This document shows positions 10,216 through 18,195 of a stretch of DNA of 64,000 bases, piece by piece. How positions within the stretch are numbered: position 1 is the first letter of the stretch; each line of letters opens with the position of its first letter. Under the pieces are notes generated by a model. It did no database searches, was not told where the DNA came from, and worked only from the letters and a program-made list of their open reading frames with translations. The translations under genes were made by a program, and so were the position numbers. The stretch is taken from assembly GCA_029865485.1 (NCBI GenBank), contig JAOUGT010000001.1, positions 603 to 64,602 of the forward strand. The letters are read 5' to 3'. The DNA is from Nitrospira sp. (GTDB lineage: Bacteria; Nitrospirota; Nitrospiria; Nitrospirales; Nitrospiraceae).

Positions 10216-11118
10216 CTATCTCCTTAATTTTTGTTTCGTCATGCCAATGCCGGTCCATCCTGGCACCTGAATGGTGCGCGGCACGATGGGAGTAGCCGTC
10301 CCGGTCCCGGTAAACCCGCTCACCTGAATGGTGCGTGGCACGATGGGGATGGCCGTCCCGCTCCCCGTGAATCCGGAGAGCCTGATCGTCCGAGGGCCGC
10401 CACCGGATGAGCTCAGGCTGGCGGCCGAAAGCCGGTAGGGTTGTCCATAAGACATGAAGTCCCAATTCGTCCACTTCTGCGACGCAATCCCATAACGCAC
10501 GCGGGCGACGAACGTTTCCTGTTTCGGCATGAGGGTCACGGTCACTCTGCCACCGGCATCGAGCGTGATCACGCCGGCATGCACGGCCGCCACACAAATC
10601 GCCGAGGAGCTCGTGTACACGTCGGTCCCCCAGACGTATGCATCAGCGTGGCCTTTCGGTGGGCAGAGCAGCGTGAGAGGGGAGTGGAAGTCGTCCGGAA
10701 CCCGCTCGAGCGTCGTGATCCAGTCAATTTGTCCCACCTGGCCGCTCTTGAATGAATACGAGGCGTCGCTTGGACCAGAGGTGGAACTCTTCACGCCGTT
10801 TCGCCCTATGCCTTCGAACGACTGGGCGCCAGGTCCCATCACGATCGTGACCTGGCCGGAGACGCCCGGTGTGAATACCCCGGCGTGAGCCGCGGCGGCA
10901 CAGATGGGCGAATCAACCCGATAGACATCGTAGCCCCAGATTTCTCGGTTCGTAGCGATGTTCGCGGGACAGATGAACGTGACGACCCGGCCGACCTGAG
11001 ACCGGAAGGCCACCGCGCTTGTACTTGCCTCTGCCACGAGTAAATGCTGTTGTGCGAGGGCAGGGCTCGACGCAAGAAGGAGGAGGGAGACTGCGCACCA
11101 TTGAAACAGGTGTCGCAT
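10216..11118 (-). CDS. Exported protein with two LCCL domains and C-terminal 19-aa repeats
   Basis: Two LCCL signatures (IWGYDVYRVDSPICAAAAHAGV; VWGTDVYTSSSAICVAAVHAGVI). Signal peptide from ATG 11118 ending ALA|Q. Confidence 0.88.
   Translation of the reverse strand: MRHLFQWCAVSLLLLASSPALAQQHLLVAEASTSAVAFRSQVGRVVTFICPANIATNREIWGYDVYRVDSPICAAAAHAGVFTPGVSGQVTIVMGPGAQSFEGIGRNGVKSSTSGPSDASYSFKSGQVGQIDWITTLERVPDDFHSPLTLLCPPKGHADAYVWGTDVYTSSSAICVAAVHAGVITLDAGGRVTVTLMPKQETFVARVRYGIASQKWTNWDFMSYGQPYRLSAASLSSSGGGPRTIRLSGFTGSGTAIPIVPRTIQVSGFTGTGTATPIVPRTIQVPGWTGIGMTKQKLRR
10243..10395 (-). repeat. Intragenic 57-bp tandem repeat, ~2.7 copies (PRTIxxSGFTGxGTAxPIV)
   Basis: cacctgaatggtgcg occurs at 10264 and 10321 (period 57). 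The protein repeat is visible three times. Confidence 0.9.
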
Positions 11119-11153
11119 CTTCGGTGGCGTTTTCCGTGTCCTTGCCGGTGCGC

Positions 11154-11651
11154 TCATCTGTTGCTGTTGTCGCAATCCGCCTGTTTGGCCAGCTCGCCAA
11201 GCTTCTCCAACTCGGCCTTATGGGCGCGATAGAAATTGACGTTCGCTGGTTTCATACCTGGGGGTAACGTGCCGCCTGGTTGGTCAAGTGCCCAGGCGGC
11301 CATGCCACTCTGGAAAACCGAAAATGATACCACCAGGTACTCACGCGACGTCATCCCGACCGCCTTGAGTGCCGACTTCACATCCGAGACTTTGTCCATG
11401 CGTGCCGCCATGTCATTGAGGGACTTCGTATGCTCGTCGCCTTCACAATCTTGCGGCAATTGCTCCATAAGCGGCTGGAGCCTGTGTACAGCTTTCGTAT
11501 ATTTCGCCAACGCCGCCTCGGTCAGCACATAGTCGGAGACTTCCTTGGCATCGCGGTCGGCCAGATGCTGGGCTTCCGCCGCCATCGGCGCCAGCAGCGC
11601 GAGGGCAAAGACGGCTGTTACCGCGAGCATGGCTTTGAACCTATTGAACAT
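11154..11651 (-). CDS. Hypothetical exported helical protein
   Basis: GGAGG RBS before ATG 11651, signal peptide ending AEA|Q, two Cys. Confidence 0.8.
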   Translation of the reverse strand: MFNRFKAMLAVTAVFALALLAPMAAEAQHLADRDAKEVSDYVLTEAALAKYTKAVHRLQPLMEQLPQDCEGDEHTKSLNDMAARMDKVSDVKSALKAVGMTSREYLVVSFSVFQSGMAAWALDQPGGTLPPGMKPANVNFYRAHKAELEKLGELAKQADCDNSNR

Positions 11652-11677
11652 GACAAGCCTCCGGGGTTCGATTCGAC

Positions 11678-12862
11678 TCAAAATCCGAGTTCTTTTTCGA
11701 GGTCCGCCTGGCCCTTCTTGAATTTCTTTTTCTCAGCCTCGTCTTTTTTCTTTTCGAGGCTTTGGAGTTCGTCCGCCCGCTTTTTCAGAGCCTCGTTCTC
11801 CTTCTTTCTGGCCAATTCCTCTTTCTCCTCCGCAATCGAGGCGACTTGTGCCGCCTTGAGTGCATCGTCCGGTACCGTTGTCCAGTTCAGTCGGTATCCC
11901 GGCCGCTTGAAAGCCAGCTCTTGATAGACCACGACGTACCTGGTCGGGTAGCTGCGCTGGCCGATCTGCCGCTCTTCCAATACATAGACGGTCGGGGCGC
12001 CATAGAGGTTTGGCTGATAGCTATCGAAGTACATCCGGCCCGTACTTCCTTGCATCGACACCGCTTGCATTCGTTGCATGTAGTCTGTGAAGGCTTGCAG
12101 GTTCGTCGGATCCGGAGGCTTCTCGTTTTCTAGCTGCTTTCCCGCCGCCTGTTGCAGTTGATTGAGCGCTTCATCATCATCTTGCAACTGATAGCGATAC
12201 TGCTCTTTGAATTGGTCCAATTTAAACGGTCCCTTTATCGCCTTGGCCTTGAAAAATTGAGCAGGGTCGCTCTTCCCCCTGGCCACATAGGACAGCCGGC
12301 CCTTCGTCGCATCGCTGGAGTCAAAGAGATAGACGCTGTCCGGCGCCACCGGCATAGAGAATTTTGCGGCATCGGACGGCTTGTCCGGTGTTTGTCCATT
12401 GCGCATCGGCACAGCCCGCTGTTTCAGCAATGCCAGGGCGCTGCCTTTTCCGTGATACAGCATATTTGAAACGGCGTGTCTGACGTCCGGCACCGGATCG
12501 TTGGTGAAGGGCGCAAGCTTGTCGACATCGCTGTCATGAGGCCCGATCATGCCGATCGCATCCGCGGCGGCAATCCGCAATTCGACTTCATGGCTCTCAA
12601 GCATCCGGACAATGACGGGCAGATAGGTACGCCTCGTTGTTGAGCCGAGCCTCCGTAAATCTTCCTTGAGAATCTCGACGAACTCATTCCTGAGCTTTTC
12701 ACAAGTCGCATCCTTCACAGGCTTGGCGGCGCAATCGTGAAGAAACTTGTCCACGGTCTCGTCCTTGGATGGCCCTGCCCACGCAGGTCCTGAAAAAGCA
12801 GTGAGCCAGAGTGCTATGAAGCCTATGCTGACGGCGGGTGCGAAGAAATGACGTTGTCTCAT
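11678..12862 (-). CDS. Exported HEAT-repeat protein with C-terminal coiled coil ending ADLEKELGF
   Basis: AGGAGG RBS, signal peptide ending AWA, HEAT-like ELRIAAADAIGMIG and DPVPDVRHAV, K/E-rich tail. Confidence 0.82.
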   Translation of the reverse strand: MRQRHFFAPAVSIGFIALWLTAFSGPAWAGPSKDETVDKFLHDCAAKPVKDATCEKLRNEFVEILKEDLRRLGSTTRRTYLPVIVRMLESHEVELRIAAADAIGMIGPHDSDVDKLAPFTNDPVPDVRHAVSNMLYHGKGSALALLKQRAVPMRNGQTPDKPSDAAKFSMPVAPDSVYLFDSSDATKGRLSYVARGKSDPAQFFKAKAIKGPFKLDQFKEQYRYQLQDDDEALNQLQQAAGKQLENEKPPDPTNLQAFTDYMQRMQAVSMQGSTGRMYFDSYQPNLYGAPTVYVLEERQIGQRSYPTRYVVVYQELAFKRPGYRLNWTTVPDDALKAAQVASIAEEKEELARKKENEALKKRADELQSLEKKKDEAEKKKFKKGQADLEKELGF

Positions 12863-12893
12863 ACGTGGTCCTCCTGAGTCGCTGAATCTCGAA

Positions 12894-13265
12894 TTAATTC
12901 ATGGAACGTCCCCAACGGGTAGACATGCCATTAGGGTCGTAAGCGGGAGCCTGGTTATACCAATTCGCGCTCTTTTCGAGACGTCCATGCGACCGATCAT
13001 CCTCTTCCTTTTCTGCTTTGATTTGTTCTCTGTACTTGGGAAGTCGTATGACGCTGTCCGATTCTTTGACCTTGCACTTCACAGGAAGCGATGTGAGTTC
13101 GTCATTGATTGTCTTGTAATCAATTGAGAGATCCGCTGCTTTGACAAACAAATTGTTCATGGCCGCCCTGCAATCCACAGTTCCTTGCGCCCCAGACTTT
13201 GCTGGAAGCCAGAGCAAGAGTAATCCGAGCAATAGCCCATACACAGCCGTTCGTGACATAGACAT
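12894..13265 (-). CDS. Small hypothetical exported protein
   Basis: AAGGGGG RBS before ATG 13265, hydrophobic signal ending SGA|Q, two Cys. Confidence 0.7.
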   Translation of the reverse strand: MSMSRTAVYGLLLGLLLLWLPAKSGAQGTVDCRAAMNNLFVKAADLSIDYKTINDELTSLPVKCKVKESDSVIRLPKYREQIKAEKEEDDRSHGRLEKSANWYNQAPAYDPNGMSTRWGRSMN

Positions 13266-13312
13266 AGCCCCCCCCTTATATCCTGCCAACGCGATGCAGT
13301 ATAACCACGTCC

Positions 13313-14713
13313 GTGAATACGCTCCCACCATCAGCGCTATGGCTCGTTCTGGTCATAACAACAGTGGTTGGGTACTTCCCGTCCTTCAGCGGCGATTTCC
13401 AGTACGACGATTCTTTAACCATCCTCGGGAATCCGCACCTCGAAAGCCGGCAGGCATTCTTCGGCCACCTCGATCACATGGTTCGGCCTGTCTTGCACGC
13501 AACATTTCTGCTCGACCTTTCGCTCTATGGAACCGATCCCGCCGGCTACCATCTGCTCAATCTTCTGCTTCACCTGGGCTCCGGACTACTAATCTATCGC
13601 ATCCTCACCAGCGCAGTGATGGATGAACATTCCCCTGTTCCGTTCTGGACCGCGTTACTTTTTCTGATCCATCCCATCGCGACCGAAACCGTCACCTACA
13701 TCTCCGGGCGTGCGTCAGGCTTGATGGCCTTCTTGTATCTCTTGGCGTTCTTCCTTTACCTCAAGGCCTCGGAGCAGCCTGAAAACGGGACGCTCTACCG
13801 GCTCTACCTGTCAGGCGCCGTCGCATCGTTCCTGCTGTCGATTGGTTCCAAGGAATCGGCGGTCACGCTGCCCGTCATCCTCCTGCTCTGGGATGTTCTT
13901 ATTCGACGGCGTAATGGCCCGACGTTCCGCGCCACGATACTGTGCTGCCAATCGCCCTTCTGGATCGTCTTGCTGGTAGCCGCCGCCTGGGCCTGGAGCC
14001 ATCCGCGTTATACGGCGCTCGCGCAGTTCAGTTTCGAAATCCGCCCATTTCTGGACCACCTGCTGAGTCAGATTCATGTCGTCGTCTCTGCCATCCTGTT
14101 GTGCGTTACTCCTTGGAACCAGAATTTCGATCATGACCTCCCTGTGTTCCACTCACTGACGCAATGGCCCCTTCCGCTCGATCTCTCGTTGCTCTCAGTG
14201 ACGGTCGCTGCATGCCTGTTTTCGTGGCGGCGCTTTCCGCTGGTGGCCTTCGGTCTGGCCTGGTTTTTCATTCAGCTTCTCCCGACCAGTCTCATACCGC
14301 GAAACGATCTGTTGAGCGAACGGAACCTGTACCTTCCATCTATAGGACTGTTCCTGGCGACGGTTGCGCTCGGGTCGCACCTCGTGCAGTGGGTCACGAC
14401 AATCGTCCCAAGCCGCACGCTCATCAGGTCCAGCACCGTTAGCCTCGCAGCACTCTTGGTCGCCATACTCTGCGTCTTCACCTACCAACGGAACCAGCTC
14501 TACCAGGATCGACTCCTACTTTGGTCCGACGCGGTCCAAAAATCTCCCAATAAAGCGAGGCCGCATAATAACCTGGGTTATGCATACTCCCTGCACGGCG
14601 ACTGGGACCACGCAATTGAAGAATTTCGCATTGCCGCTAGACTCGATCCCGATTTCATTCTCGCCCAACAAAACCTCCGTGATGCCTATCTCCATCACGT
14701 CGGGCGGCAATAG
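13313..14713 (+). CDS. TMTC-like multi-pass membrane GT-C glycosyltransferase with C-terminal TPR
   Basis: FQYDD loop after TM1, VRPV, GYHLLNLLLH, LFLIHP.ATETV.YISGRA, SKE, ERNLYLPS, TPR (HNNLGYAY). Confidence 0.8.
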   Translation: MNTLPPSALWLVLVITTVVGYFPSFSGDFQYDDSLTILGNPHLESRQAFFGHLDHMVRPVLHATFLLDLSLYGTDPAGYHLLNLLLHLGSGLLIYRILTSAVMDEHSPVPFWTALLFLIHPIATETVTYISGRASGLMAFLYLLAFFLYLKASEQPENGTLYRLYLSGAVASFLLSIGSKESAVTLPVILLLWDVLIRRRNGPTFRATILCCQSPFWIVLLVAAAWAWSHPRYTALAQFSFEIRPFLDHLLSQIHVVVSAILLCVTPWNQNFDHDLPVFHSLTQWPLPLDLSLLSVTVAACLFSWRRFPLVAFGLAWFFIQLLPTSLIPRNDLLSERNLYLPSIGLFLATVALGSHLVQWVTTIVPSRTLIRSSTVSLAALLVAILCVFTYQRNQLYQDRLLLWSDAVQKSPNKARPHNNLGYAYSLHGDWDHAIEEFRIAARLDPDFILAQQNLRDAYLHHVGRQ

Positions 14714-14733
14714 CGGGCCACCGGGCTCGTCGT

Positions 14734-15579
14734 TCAACTGGTTGCTCCTTGCAATACAGCCTGGCCATAGCGCAGCAGCATCGAGGCCTGATCCCATTGA
14801 TCCCTGATATTTAAGCCCACGAGCAGCAACCGATGGCCGTCTTTGAACATGCTGGCGATCAGGCAACGTCCGGCTTTGCTCGTATAGCCGGTCTTCACGC
14901 CGTTCACATCGGGATCGACCAACAATTCGTTGGTACTGTGCACCGACAGCTTCCTGGCACCATCAACCGTGCTGATATCACGAACGAGCGTCCGGACCAT
15001 CATGGAAAAAAATGGTGATTGCAGCGCCTGTTCAGTCAATGTCGCGAGATCCGTTGCCGTCGAATAGTGACCGGGCGCATCGAAGCCGCAGGCGTTGGCG
15101 AAATGTGTGTCCTTGAGCCCCAGCCGGTCGGCCCGCTCGTTCATCTTCGCCACGAACCGTTTCTTGTCTCCTCCGATGTGCCAGGCAATCGCCTCGCAGG
15201 CATCGTTTGCGCTCGCCACCAGCATGGCCGTCAGCAGATCGCGCAGGATGAACTCCTCCCCAGGTTGGAAGTTATAGGACGAATGATGGATGATCGAACG
15301 CGGGTGGATCTTCACGACTTCTTGCAGCGGCGCCGATTCCAGGGCCACCAGCGCGGTCATAATTTTAGTGAGACTGGCAGGTGGAAACCGCCGGGTCGCA
15401 TTTTTTTCCAATAGGACCCGGCCGGATTGAAGTTCGATCAGATATAAGGCTGAGGCTTTGATGACTGGGCGGTCCAGCGGACTAGACGGCGTCATTGCCG
15501 TTGCGAACGCGGAACAGAGCCAGACTGCCATCACGATCATGGCAACCGATAGCGATGTGCCTTGCCGCCACCGCTTCAT
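14734..15579 (-). CDS. Peptidase S11 D-alanyl-D-alanine carboxypeptidase/endopeptidase (no C-terminal PBP5 domain)
   Basis: PASLTK (SxxK), SAN (SxN), KTGYT, signal peptide. Confidence 0.92.
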   Translation of the reverse strand: MKRWRQGTSLSVAMIVMAVWLCSAFATAMTPSSPLDRPVIKASALYLIELQSGRVLLEKNATRRFPPASLTKIMTALVALESAPLQEVVKIHPRSIIHHSSYNFQPGEEFILRDLLTAMLVASANDACEAIAWHIGGDKKRFVAKMNERADRLGLKDTHFANACGFDAPGHYSTATDLATLTEQALQSPFFSMMVRTLVRDISTVDGARKLSVHSTNELLVDPDVNGVKTGYTSKAGRCLIASMFKDGHRLLLVGLNIRDQWDQASMLLRYGQAVLQGATS

Positions 15580-15590
15580 ATGCCGTCACC

Positions 15591-16388
15591 CTATTGGCCG
15601 AAGAGACCCTTCATGAAGTTGCCAGCCTTTTCCATGTCCGATGGTTGCTCTGGCGCCGGCGAAGATTCCGGAGCTGGCTGCGCCTCTTGTGGTGGCATCT
15701 GCTGAGGTCGCCCTTGGCCTCGCCCCCTGTTTGGTGGAGGCTCACCCATCGGCTGCCCCATGCCCTGGCGTCCCATCATCCCGCCCATCATGCCGCCCAT
15801 ATCGAGTTTCGTAAATCCTTCGGGGATCTCGAAAAGCCTCGGATCTTGCCTGCCGATCTGGACGTTCGTGAGCTCGATCAACATGCGCTTTTTGTTGTTT
15901 CCTTCTTTGTAGAGAAGATCTTGCTTGATGGAGATGCCTTCTCTTGTCCGCCAGGAGAACCCCCCGTACTTTTTCCCATCGGTGCTTGTGGCGATCGTCT
16001 TGTACTTCGTCACCCTAATGCCGCTCAGCGTCTCTTCCCCCATCGCAGTGTCTTCATACGTCCACTGCGAGGGATCATCCCGCTGACGCTGACCCTGACC
16101 TCCTGCCATCGAATTCTCCATATACATTTTCTCTGACGGCATGAGAATCCACAGCACTTTCGAATCGAACCGGAAGATCATGATGCCCCCGTCTCCAGCA
16201 CCGGTCAGCATCTCCTTGCGCTCCTTCGTCGGAGTGACGAAAATCTTCTGCTGGATCGTGCCTTCCTCGGTTTGCATGGTGGAGTCGGCCGAGTATTCGG
16301 CCTGAGGACGGTTCTGCGGGGCAGCCCAGAGCGGTGCGGCGGTGCATGAGACAACGAGAATGATCGCGAGAGACAGTTGTCGTGTCAT
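15591..16388 (-). CDS. Exported DUF4412-like protein with Met/Gly/Pro-rich tail
   Basis: AAGGAG RBS, signal peptide, EYSAD, GEETLSG…KYK, LFEIPEGF pattern. Confidence 0.7.
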   Translation of the reverse strand: MTRQLSLAIILVVSCTAAPLWAAPQNRPQAEYSADSTMQTEEGTIQQKIFVTPTKERKEMLTGAGDGGIMIFRFDSKVLWILMPSEKMYMENSMAGGQGQRQRDDPSQWTYEDTAMGEETLSGIRVTKYKTIATSTDGKKYGGFSWRTREGISIKQDLLYKEGNNKKRMLIELTNVQIGRQDPRLFEIPEGFTKLDMGGMMGGMMGRQGMGQPMGEPPPNRGRGQGRPQQMPPQEAQPAPESSPAPEQPSDMEKAGNFMKGLFGQ

Positions 16389-16403
16389 GGCAGACTCCTT
16401 CTG

Positions 16404-16450
16404 AAAAGTAGGCTGGTGCGATCCACATTTTCTGGATCCCAAAGCCTACT
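16404..16450 (-). terminator. Terminator-like hairpin plus U4 immediately upstream of the RBS of 15591-16388
   Basis: AGTAGGCT…GATCCA-loop-TGGATC…AGCCTACT stem followed by TTTT on the minus strand. Confidence 0.45.
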
Positions 16451-16692
16451 GCGAGCGGATCGTGGAATAGGAGAGGGGAGGGTACCTCTTGCTCGCAAAA
16501 AAGTAAAGCGCGCCCCCCGCATGGTGGCAGTTGTCGTAGAAGCAGATATGGATACTGCGGGCTAGCCCTTCTGGGATATCTCTGACATTCTCGCCCGCTA
16601 CGGTCCAGAGTCAGGCGGCAGGAAATCGCCTGAGGAAGCGGCTCTGTGCCTGGGAAGTGCAATGACAGGAATCTGTCATCATGGCCTTATGC

Positions 16693-17466
16693 TCAGGACA
16701 GCCGAAGCCCAATTGCAAACGTCGCCGCATAGCCGCCATTCGTGGCCGACGGCTGCAGCATCAATTGATCGCCTCCCTCACGAAATATGAAATCGTGCTG
16801 ATTGCGGACTCGACGCCGCCCATTCGACGAGTAGGGAAGTGCGGTATGCACGCGGTCCGTCACTTCGTCGGGGAAATAGACTTGCGAGGTAAATTCGTAC
16901 AGTCTGCGAGCAACCGGAGCCGTCCGGATCTTGAAGTGAATATGCACGGTTCGTATGGGATACCAGCCTGGATAAATCGTTTGGAATCGTGCAGTCCCTC
17001 GTGCATCGGTCAGCTGATATCCGCGAAGAAACTTCTGCCCCGTTGTGTCAAATTCCGGATCCTGAACATCGGAGTAGATGCCTCGTGCATCGCAGTGCCA
17101 GATATCAACCTGAGCATCGGGCAGGGGCTGACAGTCTCCCGCCTTGAGACGCATGATTTGGAAGGTGAGTGCTAACAGTGTGCCAGGTACGACTCGGTTA
17201 TCAGCTGGATCAGTACGAATGTCGGACCGGTGCAATCGTTCATCAATGAAATACGGACCTTCGGTTTGTTGAGGACGGACGATGCAGGGAGAAGGAGAGG
17301 AGCCAGAACCGGCATAAGCCGGCCGTTGCATGCCCATCATCAAAAAGACACCGGTCGTTCCCGCCCATGTCAACACTTCGCGACGAGAAACCAGGCATTG
17401 AGAAGACGACTCGTATTTTCTCACGGATTCAATCTTCCGCCATTCGCTCGCCTCGAGTACCAACAC
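16693..17466 (-). CDS. Intradiol ring-cleavage dioxygenase family protein with Tat signal
   Basis: SRREVL twin-arginine motif, TEGPYF, DIWHCDARGIYS, TIYPGWYPIRTVHIHFKI. Confidence 0.9.
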   Translation of the reverse strand: MLVLEASEWRKIESVRKYESSSQCLVSRREVLTWAGTTGVFLMMGMQRPAYAGSGSSPSPCIVRPQQTEGPYFIDERLHRSDIRTDPADNRVVPGTLLALTFQIMRLKAGDCQPLPDAQVDIWHCDARGIYSDVQDPEFDTTGQKFLRGYQLTDARGTARFQTIYPGWYPIRTVHIHFKIRTAPVARRLYEFTSQVYFPDEVTDRVHTALPYSSNGRRRVRNQHDFIFREGGDQLMLQPSATNGGYAATFAIGLRLS

Positions 17467-17475
17467 GGCACAGAA

Positions 17476-18183
17476 CTACCGTCCTCTCATTCGTGGATGC
17501 ACGCGCGCTGGTGGAGGAGGTGATGGGGATGGTGAAAACCCACCTCCACCACCGAAATACGGACGACCATAGAATCCACGCCCTCCCCAGTAACCGCCAT
17601 AGGGACCCCAGAATCCACCGTACGGATAGAATCCGCTATACCCATAGGGTGGGTAATATGACCCATAATAGGGGCTTCGATCCCTTCGTCTCTGAGACGC
17701 GATACTGTTCCAATCGATGATGTGTTTGACCTCAAGAATGGGGTAGGTGTACTCGCTTTCATCAAGTGCTCGTGTGGTCTCACCCTTCACGGTCCCAATC
17801 ACCGTGATGGGCGTGCCTTGTGGAAGGCTGGCAGGATCGAGAAATTGTTCTCGAACCGCAATGAATCGACCTTCGGATCGAAGACGATCGTCTGCAAGGG
17901 GACCGTCTTTTTCGGTCGGCAGTTGCAAAATCTCCACTTCGGTCCCAGATTCCAGGCGTGTGGCACGAATGACGGTGCCGCCGACCATGACGGTTCGGCC
18001 GATGTATTCGCCGGGTGCTCGTTTCAAGTCAGCAAACGTCACGGTGGCATCAATCTCTTGCTCCAGTCCAAGAGGAACACCGAGCAGCTCGGTGTCACGT
18101 TGAACTTGATGGATCGATTCTGCGCAGGCCGAGAGCATCAGGGCTGCACCAACCAGGGGAGCCAGCACGCTCATGTGAAACAT
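17476..18183 (-). CDS. Slp-family outer membrane lipoprotein
   Basis: Lipobox LSAC, GGTVI, EILQLP, GRFIA, FLDP, ITVIG.V.G, YTYP, Tyr/Gly-rich tail. Confidence 0.88.
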   Translation of the reverse strand: MFHMSVLAPLVGAALMLSACAESIHQVQRDTELLGVPLGLEQEIDATVTFADLKRAPGEYIGRTVMVGGTVIRATRLESGTEVEILQLPTEKDGPLADDRLRSEGRFIAVREQFLDPASLPQGTPITVIGTVKGETTRALDESEYTYPILEVKHIIDWNSIASQRRRDRSPYYGSYYPPYGYSGFYPYGGFWGPYGGYWGGRGFYGRPYFGGGGGFSPSPSPPPPARVHPRMRGR

Positions 18184-18195
18184 GGTCGTTCTCCT

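Noticed and set aside
10243-10395. CRISPR-like or DGR-like repeats
   Set aside because: These are in-frame coding repeats with no unique spacers, and there is no cas or reverse transcriptase gene in the window.
7069-13312. Prophage, IS or integrative element as carrier of the cluster
   Set aside because: I found no integrase, transposase, tRNA anchor, terminal repeats or target duplications.
16606-16660. SRP RNA-like GTCAGG…GGAAGCGGC
   Set aside because: The spacing is wrong: no 3-bp stem with GNRA tetraloop and no long enclosing helix.
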